NCBI GenBank assembly: GCA_963783885.1
Contig: CAWAPJ010000011.1
Span: 1 to 48,923, forward strand
DNA from: Waddliaceae bacterium
Lineage (GTDB): Bacteria; Chlamydiota; Chlamydiia; Chlamydiales; SLFE01
Length of the DNA stretch: 48,923 bases
Direction: 5' to 3'
The notes beneath the pieces are model-generated. The model searched no databases, was not told the origin of the DNA, and was given only the letters and a program-made list of their open reading frames with translations. Shown one piece after another: positions 18,693 to 26,869 of the stretch. Position 1 is the stretch's first letter; every line of letters starts with the position of its first letter. The translations under genes were made by a program, and so were the position numbers.

Positions 18693-19121
18693 ATGCCAGT
18701 TTCTTCAGATCCGATTCAAGTATTTGGAAATTATCACTTTGTATTGATTCATTTTCCGATTGCGCTCATCATCATGGCGGGCATCGCAGAACTGATCTAT
18801 TGCTTCAGCAGGAATTCTGCGCTCAATTTTACTGTGAACTTTCTCCTAATTTCCGCGGTTTTATTCGCCATTCCCACAGCATTTTCAGGATTGGCTTTCG
18901 AAGAAGGAGGGAGCTTTTACCAGGAAGGGAGCGTTGTTTTGTGGTGGCATCGCTTTTTTGGCTTTTTTACAATGTCTTTGAGCATCCTGACAATTTTCCT
19001 TAAGATGTATTTGGGCCGCGGGGTTCTTTATTTTAGCGCCCTCATCCTGCTGATCGCCAGCGTTTGCCTCGCTGCACATTTTGGGGGGCTGATGGCTTTT
19101 GGCGAGTTGGCGTGGTTCTAA
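18693..19121 (+). CDS. DUF2231-like four-helix membrane protein
   Basis: HFVLIHFPIAL motif, about 4 hydrophobic helices, further His in WWHR and AAHFGG. Confidence 0.75.
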   Translation: MPVSSDPIQVFGNYHFVLIHFPIALIIMAGIAELIYCFSRNSALNFTVNFLLISAVLFAIPTAFSGLAFEEGGSFYQEGSVVLWWHRFFGFFTMSLSILTIFLKMYLGRGVLYFSALILLIASVCLAAHFGGLMAFGELAWF

Positions 19122-19134
19122 AAGAGGGGAAAGG

Positions 19135-20259
19135 ATGAAAAAAAGATCGCAAGTCGGAGTAGTTCTCAGCGGAGGCGGGGCCAAAGGGGCCTATCAGGCA
19201 GGAGTTCTTAGAGCTGTTTACGAAATCACAAACGGTATGGGAATCAAAAATCCCTTTCCTATAATATCCGGCATCAGTGTGGGCTCTATCAATTCATCAT
19301 ATCTGGCAGCTCATGCTCATGATCTTGAAGAGGCCACATCGCGGCTTGTTTCGCTGTGGAATTCCGTTCATTCCAAACAAATCATCAAAACCGATACCTT
19401 TTCTATCATGAAAATCGCTTTCCGCTGGCTATTTGAAATGACCGCCGGAGGCTTTGTCGAAAACAAAAAGGCCAGGGCGCTATTAGATAACAGCCCGCTT
19501 GTAGACTTTGTAGAAAAAGAGATCAACTTCGCCCGGATTCAGAAGAATATCGATGAGGGGTTTTTAGACGGCATAGTGATCACAGCTGTCAATTACAGCA
19601 ACGGCTGCCGTTACAACTTTTATCAGTGCCACGATGAAATCCTTCCCTGGACCAGAGTGAAACGAATCGCTGTCCACACGCGTATCGAAAAGGAGCACGT
19701 ACTGGCATCCTCGGCAATCCCTTTGTATTTCCCTCCGCAAAAAATCGGCTCCAGCTATTACGCTGATGGAAATTTGCGCAACAATACACCTCTTAGCCCC
19801 TCGCTTAGGCTTGGTGCGGAAAAACTGCTCATCATACCGGTAAGAAAGCAGACGACCCCCGGAGAAGAGCACAAGACCTTTGATCCCACCCTTGGACGTA
19901 TCATAAGCGTTATATTAGATTCTTTGCTCCTTGATGCTATCGATTTCGATATCGAAAGGCTGACCAGGATCAATGAAACTTTGCGTCATGTCGATGATCC
20001 TTCGTCGACAGAATTGTGTCATATAGATACCTGTATTATTCGTCCTTCTGTAGACTTAGCAGAAATCGCCGTTGAAGAAGTCAAGGCATTGCCCCGTTCG
20101 ATACGCTACCTCATTTCAGGGACTGGTTCTAAGGAAGACACAAAAGGAATTATTAGTGTGCTATTATTCGAATCACACTACACTCAGCGTCTGACTCGTC
20201 TTGGGTATGACGACGCTATGAATCAAAAAGAGGAAATCGCCGAATTTTATTCTCAGTAG
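19135..20259 (+). CDS. Patatin-like phospholipase
   Basis: LSGGGAKG, GISVG (GxSxG), ASSAIP, ADGN; ATG 19135 follows a purine-rich RBS. Confidence 0.9.
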   Translation: MKKRSQVGVVLSGGGAKGAYQAGVLRAVYEITNGMGIKNPFPIISGISVGSINSSYLAAHAHDLEEATSRLVSLWNSVHSKQIIKTDTFSIMKIAFRWLFEMTAGGFVENKKARALLDNSPLVDFVEKEINFARIQKNIDEGFLDGIVITAVNYSNGCRYNFYQCHDEILPWTRVKRIAVHTRIEKEHVLASSAIPLYFPPQKIGSSYYADGNLRNNTPLSPSLRLGAEKLLIIPVRKQTTPGEEHKTFDPTLGRIISVILDSLLLDAIDFDIERLTRINETLRHVDDPSSTELCHIDTCIIRPSVDLAEIAVEEVKALPRSIRYLISGTGSKEDTKGIISVLLFESHYTQRLTRLGYDDAMNQKEEIAEFYSQ

Positions 20260-20327
20260 AGCCACTTGCGTTAGCTCCGGCAAAATAGCTCAAAAGTCGG
20301 TTTTGCCGGAGCTAACGCAAGTGGCTC
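20259..20327. repeat. Short palindromic element (27-bp perfect inverted repeat); probably also a bidirectional terminator
   Basis: GAGCCACTTGCGTTAGCTCCGGCAAAA (20259-20285) / exact complement (20301-20327), 15-nt loop; related to 32206-32370. Confidence 0.85.
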
Positions 20328-21102
20328 AGTAATTTTGAATCTGCCGGGTCCAGTCATCGGGAATGCCGGCCTTTTTTCTGTGCTCGGGGTGAACAAAAAA
20401 ACCTTTGGCTCTTTTTGGAGTGAGGAGGGTGGAGGCGAGCGTGTTTGTCCAGGCGTCCCATTCGGATCTTTCTCCCTTGAGTTGTTTGAGCCAGCGCCAT
20501 CCGAACCGGACATGGGAAATTTCGTCTTTGAGGATCTTTGCCATCAGTTTGGCTGAGGCCTTGTCGCCGTTTCGAGAGAAGCATTTCCCGTAAATGGGGG
20601 CGAAATCGAGGTTGGCCTGTTCAAAAGTGAGGTTCATGACGCTCACATAATGCAGCGGAGAGGTGATAAAAGGGGTGTGGGCCCAAAAGTGCTTGAAGAG
20701 GGGAAGGTCGCCAAATTCCAGGCCCATTTCACTCATCCTTTTCATGTAGAGGCCTACATGCCCCTGCTCTTCTTTGAGAGTGCTTGCCAGCCCTTTGCGG
20801 AAGGGTTTTGGGGCATCGGGAAAGGCAAGCAGAGTATAGGCCATAATCTCGACGGCGAGAAGTTCATGTCCGGCAAATCGATGAAGGCAGACAGCTCTTT
20901 TGTCCCGGTCTCCGAGTTCATGGAAGGGAGGGAGCTTTTCTTCTTTTTTCCGCGTGCGGAATCCCATTCCCGGAGGTCGCTTCGGTTCTTTCCAGAATAC
21001 CGCGGGACCGGGGTTGTCATCAGTGAGAGAGGGGGGCGCCAGAAGCTTGCCTGCCAAAGTATCGGCTGACAGGATTCTAGCCGCCCATTCGGTGATTTCC
21101 AT
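20326..21102 (-). CDS. DUF455-family ferritin-like protein
   Basis: LHRFAGHELLAVE, EEQGH, FEQANLD, DEISH diiron-type motifs. Confidence 0.85.
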   Translation of the reverse strand: MEITEWAARILSADTLAGKLLAPPSLTDDNPGPAVFWKEPKRPPGMGFRTRKKEEKLPPFHELGDRDKRAVCLHRFAGHELLAVEIMAYTLLAFPDAPKPFRKGLASTLKEEQGHVGLYMKRMSEMGLEFGDLPLFKHFWAHTPFITSPLHYVSVMNLTFEQANLDFAPIYGKCFSRNGDKASAKLMAKILKDEISHVRFGWRWLKQLKGERSEWDAWTNTLASTLLTPKRAKGFFVHPEHRKKAGIPDDWTRQIQNY

Positions 21103-21104
21103 AA

Positions 21105-22343
21105 TCAGTCGGCGCTAAGGGAGAGAATGTAGTAGGCGGGAAAAGCAAAATTGTTGTTGGGCCTCTCGGCGCCGCGCACATTCACTTTTTTCCCGATATA
21201 TTGCTGCAGGTTGATTTTCGTGCTATAAAGGTACGCGATCGGGAGATTTGTCCTTTCGTTTACGAGCAGGTAATCTCCTGGGCGGTTTTTTACCGATTGA
21301 TGATAGGGTTTGAGTATCCCTTCAAGCATCACCGCATTTTGTTGCTGCAGCATGTAAAAAGAGTCAAAATCGGCGCTGCCTTCCTCATTCAAAGCCCAAA
21401 TCTCGTATTGCTTGGCTTCTTTGGGTTCCCAGGATTGCATCTCGGGAGTTGCCGACTCGCTTATTAGGGGCTGGATATCGGCAACTAAAGGTTTTTCTTT
21501 GGAAATTTGCTGCTGCATCTCGTCAATTTTGGCATACTGCTTTTCGATTTGATCCCTCAATTGGATGTTTTTCCTTTTCCAGATATCTGTCGAGCTGTCA
21601 GTTAAGGACTCCAAGTAAGCGATTTTCTTTTGCAGATACTCTTCGCTCGTGTCTGCGATTAAATTCTTTGCCTCTTCCGCGTAATAGGGGAAGTCTTCGG
21701 TTTCTTTAGCGATTTGATTCAAATCGCTGAGAGCCTGGTCGATATGGATATCGGCAAAGGGCTTTTGCAGTTCGGATTTAACAGTTGCTGTTGCTGTTTC
21801 GAGAATGTTTTCGATTTTTTGCCGCTTCTTTTCGAGGCGCAGGTAGATTTCGGGGCCGCCAATATTTTCAATATAATCTTTATAAACCCAGAAACGTGTA
21901 TTTTCCGGGGCGGCGATTTCCATCCACTTGCTATTTTCCGCGGCGATCGTCCCTTCCACCTTATCGCCTGTGTTGAGCTGAGCGACTACAGGAGATGCGA
22001 GGTTAGGTTTAAGTCTGATGTTTACGCGGGAGCCCTCGATCTGCCCGTCGAGGATGAACTTTCTATGAACATAGGACTTGAGATCTTTCGGGGCCGAAAT
22101 GGCATAAAAGTCGTCCTGCTCGGCGGTGATGATGAACATATCTCCCGCTTTGAGCTGTCTGATGATATGAGACTCGAGATTGGGCTGCACCCGGAGCCGT
22201 ACACGATTGCCAAGCACTTTTCCTGTAAACGGTCGGAAGTGCTGCTCTTCGACTGCCTGTTCTTCCTGTTTAATGTCCTGGGTGGCAAAACTATTGGCTG
22301 TCAAAAATAACAAATAGATAAATATCAATGATGTTTTCTTCAT
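21105..22343 (-). CDS. Exported SH3b-domain protein, Chlamydia CT017-like
   Basis: Signal peptide, two bacterial SH3 repeats (VRLRVQP, VNIRLKP), coiled coil, C-terminal RPNNNFAFPAY; position beside CT016-like and phoH genes. Start at ATG 22343 with GGAG RBS. Confidence 0.8.
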   Translation of the reverse strand: MKKTSLIFIYLLFLTANSFATQDIKQEEQAVEEQHFRPFTGKVLGNRVRLRVQPNLESHIIRQLKAGDMFIITAEQDDFYAISAPKDLKSYVHRKFILDGQIEGSRVNIRLKPNLASPVVAQLNTGDKVEGTIAAENSKWMEIAAPENTRFWVYKDYIENIGGPEIYLRLEKKRQKIENILETATATVKSELQKPFADIHIDQALSDLNQIAKETEDFPYYAEEAKNLIADTSEEYLQKKIAYLESLTDSSTDIWKRKNIQLRDQIEKQYAKIDEMQQQISKEKPLVADIQPLISESATPEMQSWEPKEAKQYEIWALNEEGSADFDSFYMLQQQNAVMLEGILKPYHQSVKNRPGDYLLVNERTNLPIAYLYSTKINLQQYIGKKVNVRGAERPNNNFAFPAYYILSLSAD

Positions 22344-22414
22344 GCCTAAAAGCTCCCTTATTTTCACTCGGTAAAGTCTAATAATAATATTATCTATGGG
22401 AAAATGTAAAGATT

Positions 22415-22439
22415 AAAAAAAGACCCGGAACGGGTCTTT
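22415..22439 (-). terminator. Intrinsic terminator after the CT016-like gene
   Basis: AAAGACCCG-3 nt-CGGGTC followed by a T7 run on the minus strand, 5 nt after the stop. Confidence 0.8.
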
Positions 22440-22444
22440 GCGAA

Positions 22445-23140
22445 TTAACTTTTAAGAACCGCGACAATATGTTCGCAGTTGGGATTTCCGCAGGTGCATC
22501 CGATCGGTTCGCCGAGGAAGACCTGGTAGTGTTCGCTGCTGTCGAGCTTGTTCGTCACTTCATAAAGCTTCTCGTCGATCTGATCAATATTCCATTGTGT
22601 GAAGTGAAGGTCTTGTTCGGAGATATCTCCAATTTCATCCTCAAGTTGTTTCGTCTCTTCGGATGGCGGCGCCCCTTGAATCGCTCTTGTAATCTGACAG
22701 TAGAAACAATTGCATCCGGGCTGCGGAGGCGAGAGGGCCTCCACTTCATCAGGGGAAACAATGCGGGCGATATGGCTGATTTTCTCCAGCATTTCAGGAG
22801 GCAGCGGCGGCATATTCGCTTGCTGGGGATTGTGCTGCATCGCGCCGGAGAGTCCGTCCATCGTATTGAAAGCGAAACGAAAAGGAAAGGTGCCTCCTTC
22901 TTCGGTCCCCTGGCCGCTGATAATTTCTTCCTCGCCATAGCTCTTTTCGATAAAGGCAGCATGGTAGGAAAAGATGACTTCGATTTCTTCTTCTGTTAAG
23001 GAGGGAATGTTGATCACGGTTCCGTCAATCAGGTCAACCACAAGTTCGGACCCTTTGAGATAGAGAGCCTTCACGTTTTCCCAAGCTGTTGAGACGTAGG
23101 GGGGTAAGCTTAACATTTTGTCATCTATGCGTTTTTTCAT
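22445..23140 (-). CDS. Chlamydiae-conserved CT016-like protein with Cys/His zinc-binding motifs
   Basis: N-terminal LSLPPYVSTAW, internal CNCFYC, C-terminal SWIM-like CTCGNPNCEH; synteny with phoH and the CT017-like gene. Confidence 0.75.
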   Translation of the reverse strand: MKKRIDDKMLSLPPYVSTAWENVKALYLKGSELVVDLIDGTVINIPSLTEEEIEVIFSYHAAFIEKSYGEEEIISGQGTEEGGTFPFRFAFNTMDGLSGAMQHNPQQANMPPLPPEMLEKISHIARIVSPDEVEALSPPQPGCNCFYCQITRAIQGAPPSEETKQLEDEIGDISEQDLHFTQWNIDQIDEKLYEVTNKLDSSEHYQVFLGEPIGCTCGNPNCEHIVAVLKS

Positions 23141-23185
23141 TATTATCTCCTCGGAAGAGTTTCCTTTTCAGGCTTTTACAATTTT

Positions 23186-23214
23186 ATTATATATCACAAC
23201 GCTTATTCTGTCAA
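23186..23214 (-). promoter_or_regulatory. Consensus sigma70/sigma66 promoter for the CT016-like gene
   Basis: TTGACA (23214-23209) - 17 nt - TATAAT (23191-23186), a perfect consensus 45 nt upstream of the ATG. Confidence 0.85.
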
Positions 23215-23222
23215 TGAGGGAA

Positions 23223-23249
23223 TTAGCACTCTTTTGCCAAGAGTGCTGG
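23223..23249. promoter_or_regulatory. CIRCE operator (HrcA binding site)
   Basis: TTAGCACTC-TTTTGCCAA-GAGTGCTGG versus consensus TTAGCACTC-N9-GAGTGCTAA (16/18), 8 bp upstream of the -35 box. Confidence 0.85.
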
Positions 23250-23257
23250 ATGCTTAG

Positions 23258-24351
23258 ACCCTGATTGCCACCTAAACCTTAGCTAGAGCTTACACGAGTG
23301 CGCCAGATACAACTGTAGCGCCTCGTGTAAGCTCTAGCTGAGCTCCCCTTTGCATAAAAATGAAACACTATAGGCAAGAATTGCACAGAATACTTTTATC
23401 AAAAAGCCTTGTTCAGTGCAGAACTTAAAAGTTCTTTGGAAAAGGTTTGTTATGCAGCTAAATGTCGTCTCGACAATCTGTCGCTTGCTGCTAATTTCCC
23501 TCTCTTCAATTGGTGTTCGGACTCTATTCTTTGCTTTACATCCCCGTTTTGCAAGCAATGTAATTTGTTCTTCTTTCAAGATGTCTTCTAAATCAAAGCA
23601 ATTATACGCACCATCTGCATAAAGTTTAGAATCTGGTGGAATGTCCAGTTTCATTTCCCAGAGCACCTTTACATCGCTTACTGCTCCTGGCTTGAAAAGA
23701 ACTTCAACCGGCTTGCCTTCGCTCGTCACAATCCTATGAACTTTTATGCCGCAAAAGTAACGCTTTTTAGAAGCTGCGAAACCTAAATACCTTCGTTCTA
23801 GAAAAACCTTCCGTTTATCGATTCTATTTTTCTGACAACATGAAACTGGAAAGCTGTCTATAGCAAAACCCTGATCTTTATTTATTTGCTTAAAAAATAG
23901 AGCTAAAAAACGGAAAATGGCGTTCCAACAAATCCAAGGAATTTTATGAATTCGGCGATTTAGCCGGCTATTGCTTAAAATAGCTCTGAATAATCGTAAT
24001 CTTTTACATAAATATCTGGACATTTTATAGTTACAAGAAAAATATTTTGCTGATAAAATAGCAAAAGTTATCACTTCTGCGTTGGACATTTGAGATTGAG
24101 GATCGTCTTTAATCCCCAAAATTCGAAGGATTTCTTCGCTGATGACATAAACTGTTGTTGCGTAAGTTTCCATGATGCCCCCTTTTTTTGGCTAAGGAAG
24201 TATCATAGAGACTATTGTCGTTAAAATCTTTCATTGAATTCATCTGCTAAGCCTCGATTATCGGCAAGGGATTACCCTTGCCTTCAAATCGAGTCTACGC
24301 ATCTGAATCCAACGAAAGACTTTAACAACAAGTTTAGGTAGCAATCAGGGT
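23258..24351 (-). mobile_element. IS982-family insertion sequence, copy 1 (1094 bp)
   Basis: Terminal inverted repeats ACCCTGATTGCYACCTAAAC at both ends; CTTAG direct repeat at 23253-23257 and 24352-24356. Confidence 0.9.
23334..24173 (-). CDS. IS982-family DDE transposase (copy 1)
   Basis: IDSFP, YADGAY, RQIVETTFS motifs; 279 aa. Confidence 0.9.
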   Translation of the reverse strand: METYATTVYVISEEILRILGIKDDPQSQMSNAEVITFAILSAKYFSCNYKMSRYLCKRLRLFRAILSNSRLNRRIHKIPWICWNAIFRFLALFFKQINKDQGFAIDSFPVSCCQKNRIDKRKVFLERRYLGFAASKKRYFCGIKVHRIVTSEGKPVEVLFKPGAVSDVKVLWEMKLDIPPDSKLYADGAYNCFDLEDILKEEQITLLAKRGCKAKNRVRTPIEEREISSKRQIVETTFSCITNLFQRTFKFCTEQGFLIKVFCAILAYSVSFLCKGELS

Positions 24352-24430
24352 CTTAGACTTAATTAAATGGGGTTTTACAAAAATATGAATTAGTCTAGAC
24401 TCTGGAATTCTTGATAGGAGGGGATTATCC

Positions 24431-25726
24431 ATGAAAAAATCCTTTGTGCTCGATACGAACGTCCTTTTGCATGACCCCGAATCACTTATGAAATTCCCCA
24501 GGCATCATGTGATCATACCTCTGACGGTTTTGGAGGAATTGGACAAAATGAAGCGCCTCCCCAATGAATTGGGGAGAAATTCCCGCGCTGTCGCCAGGCA
24601 GCTGGCCGTCTTGAAAAATATCGGCAAAGGCGACCTTCACCAAGGGGTCAAGATTGAAAACGGGTCGACAATCCGGATTCAAATGAAGCTTGAGCGTTAT
24701 TTGGATGATGCCTTCGACCTATCCATAACCGACAATAAAATCCTGATGGCCGCCTATTATCTCCATAAACACGAACAAAATGTCGTTTTCGTCTCGAAGG
24801 ATTTTGCGGCCAGGGTCAAGGCCGAAGCCATGGGGCTTGAAACCGAGGATTATGAGAACTTAAAAGTCTCATACGATTCCATTTATAAGGGAGTCAGGCG
24901 CATTGAAGTGACCAAGAGGGAGATCGATCATTTCTATAAAGACGGGCAAATCGAATTGGTTCAGGACGAGTACTATGCCAACGAATATTGCGTTTTAACC
25001 TCTCCGGAGCACTCGTCGGCTGTGGGCCGGTACAATACTGAAAAGAAAGTTCTCGAACCCCTTTTAAACATTGGCAACACCTGGGGAATCCAACCCCGAA
25101 ATGTGGAGCAAAAATGCGCTATGGATGCCATTTTGCGCGATGATGTCAATCTTGTAACTCTGATAGGGCCCGCAGGAACGGGTAAAACACTTCTGTCGCT
25201 CGCTTGCGGCTTAAGAAAGGTCTTTGATGAAGGGTTTTATAATAAAATTCTCGTTTCCAGGCCCATCGTTCCCCTCGGGCGGGATATCGGGTATCTGCCG
25301 GGAACCAAAGAGGAAAAGCTGGCCAGCTGGATGCAGCCGATCTATGACAACCTCGAGTATGTATGCGACACGACAGGAGGCGGCTCAAGCGATACATTGC
25401 GATGGGTTTTGGACAGCGACAAAATCGAAATGGAAGCGGTGACCTACATCCGCGGACGCTCTCTACCGAAGATCTTCATCATTATCGACGAAGCGCAAAA
25501 TCTGACCCCTCACGAAGTGAAAACGATTATATCACGGGCTGGGGAGGGGACAAAAGTCGTCCTTTCAGGCGACCCGACTCAAATTGACAACCCCTATCTT
25601 GATAAAGATTCAAACGGATTGACTTATACTGTCGGTAAATTCCAGGATCAGAGGATTTTCGGACAGGTATTTCTTGACAAGACAGAAAGGTCGCCACTGG
25701 CTGCTATCGCCGCTGAGATTATGTAG
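24431..25726 (+). CDS. phoH: PIN-PhoH (PhoH2-type) ATPase, CT015-like
   Basis: N-terminal PIN domain (FVLDTNVLL), GPAGTGKT, GYLPG, IRGRS, DEAQN, GDPTQ. Confidence 0.95.
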   Translation: MKKSFVLDTNVLLHDPESLMKFPRHHVIIPLTVLEELDKMKRLPNELGRNSRAVARQLAVLKNIGKGDLHQGVKIENGSTIRIQMKLERYLDDAFDLSITDNKILMAAYYLHKHEQNVVFVSKDFAARVKAEAMGLETEDYENLKVSYDSIYKGVRRIEVTKREIDHFYKDGQIELVQDEYYANEYCVLTSPEHSSAVGRYNTEKKVLEPLLNIGNTWGIQPRNVEQKCAMDAILRDDVNLVTLIGPAGTGKTLLSLACGLRKVFDEGFYNKILVSRPIVPLGRDIGYLPGTKEEKLASWMQPIYDNLEYVCDTTGGGSSDTLRWVLDSDKIEMEAVTYIRGRSLPKIFIIIDEAQNLTPHEVKTIISRAGEGTKVVLSGDPTQIDNPYLDKDSNGLTYTVGKFQDQRIFGQVFLDKTERSPLAAIAAEIM

Positions 25727-25814
25727 TCGGCTCTGAAAAGTAAGTCCTTCTAGTGAAAAAATCTGTCTTTTTGAAACAGAAAATTAGTTCGGCGACGGTG
25801 CCAACACTCCTTGG

Positions 25815-26856
25815 GCCCTGATAGCTACCTAAACTTGTCGTTAAGGTCTTTCGTTGGATTCAGATGCGTAGACTCGATTTGAAGGCAAGGTTAATCCCTT
25901 GCCGATAATCGAGGCTTAGCAGATGAATTCAATGAAAGATTTTAACGACAATAGTCTCTATGATACTTCCTTAGCCAAAAAAAAAGGGGGCATCATGGAA
26001 ACTTACGCAACAACAGTTTACGTCATCAGCGAAGAAATCCTTCGAATTTTGGGGATTAAAGACGATCCTCAATCTCAAATGTCCAACGCAGAAGTGATAA
26101 CTTTTGCTATTTTATCAGCAAAATATTTTTCTTGTAACTATAAAATGTCCAGATATTTATGTAAAAGATTACGATTATTCAGAGCTATTTTAAGCAATAG
26201 CCGGCTAAATCGCCGAATTCATAAAATTCCTTGGATTTGTTGGAACGCCATTTTCCGTTTTTTAGCTCTATTTTTTAAGCAAATAAATAAAGATCAGGGT
26301 TTTGCTATAGACAGCTTTCCAGTTTCATGTTGTCAGAAAAATAGAATCGATAAACGGAAGGTTTTTCTAGAACGAAGGTATTTAGGTTTCGCAGCTTCTA
26401 AAAAGCGTTACTTTTGCGGCATAAAAGTTCATATGATTGTGACGAGCGAAGGCAAGCCGGTTGAAGTTCTTTTCAAGCCAGGAGCAGTAAGCGATGTAAA
26501 GGTGCTCTGGGAAATGAAACTGGACATTCCACCAGATTCTAAACTTTATGCAGATGGTGCGTATAATTGCTTTGATTTAGAAGACATCTTGAAAGAAGAA
26601 CAAATTACATTGCTTGCAAAACGGGGATGTAAAGCAAAGAATAGAGTCCGAACACCAATTGAAGAGAGGGAAATTAGCAGCAAGCGACAGATTGTCGAGA
26701 CGACATTTAGCTGCATAACAAACCTTTTCCAAAGAACTTTTAAGTTCTGCACTGAACAAGGCTTTTTGATAAAAGTATTCTGTGCAATTCTTGCCTATAG
26801 TGTTTCATTTTTATGCAAAGGTAAGCTCTAGCTAAGGTTTAGGTAGCAATCAGGGC
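25815..26856 (+). mobile_element. IS982-family insertion sequence, copy 2 (1042 bp), inverted relative to copy 1
   Basis: TIRs GCCCTGATWGCTACCTAAAC; nearly identical to copy 1; no matching target duplication visible. Confidence 0.9.
25995..26831 (+). CDS. IS982-family DDE transposase (copy 2)
   Basis: Same protein as copy 1 except M/R in KVH(M/R)IV and the last residues. ATG 25995 follows an AAGGGGG RBS; an in-frame upstream ATG lies at 25923. Confidence 0.9.
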   Translation: METYATTVYVISEEILRILGIKDDPQSQMSNAEVITFAILSAKYFSCNYKMSRYLCKRLRLFRAILSNSRLNRRIHKIPWICWNAIFRFLALFFKQINKDQGFAIDSFPVSCCQKNRIDKRKVFLERRYLGFAASKKRYFCGIKVHMIVTSEGKPVEVLFKPGAVSDVKVLWEMKLDIPPDSKLYADGAYNCFDLEDILKEEQITLLAKRGCKAKNRVRTPIEEREISSKRQIVETTFSCITNLFQRTFKFCTEQGFLIKVFCAILAYSVSFLCKGKL

Positions 26857-26869
26857 CGAAGGGACTTTT

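Noticed and set aside
23258-26856. Composite transposon that delivered phoH
   Set aside because: The outer flanks share no target duplication, copy 1 has its own, and phoH is in its expected chlamydial position beside the CT016-like gene.
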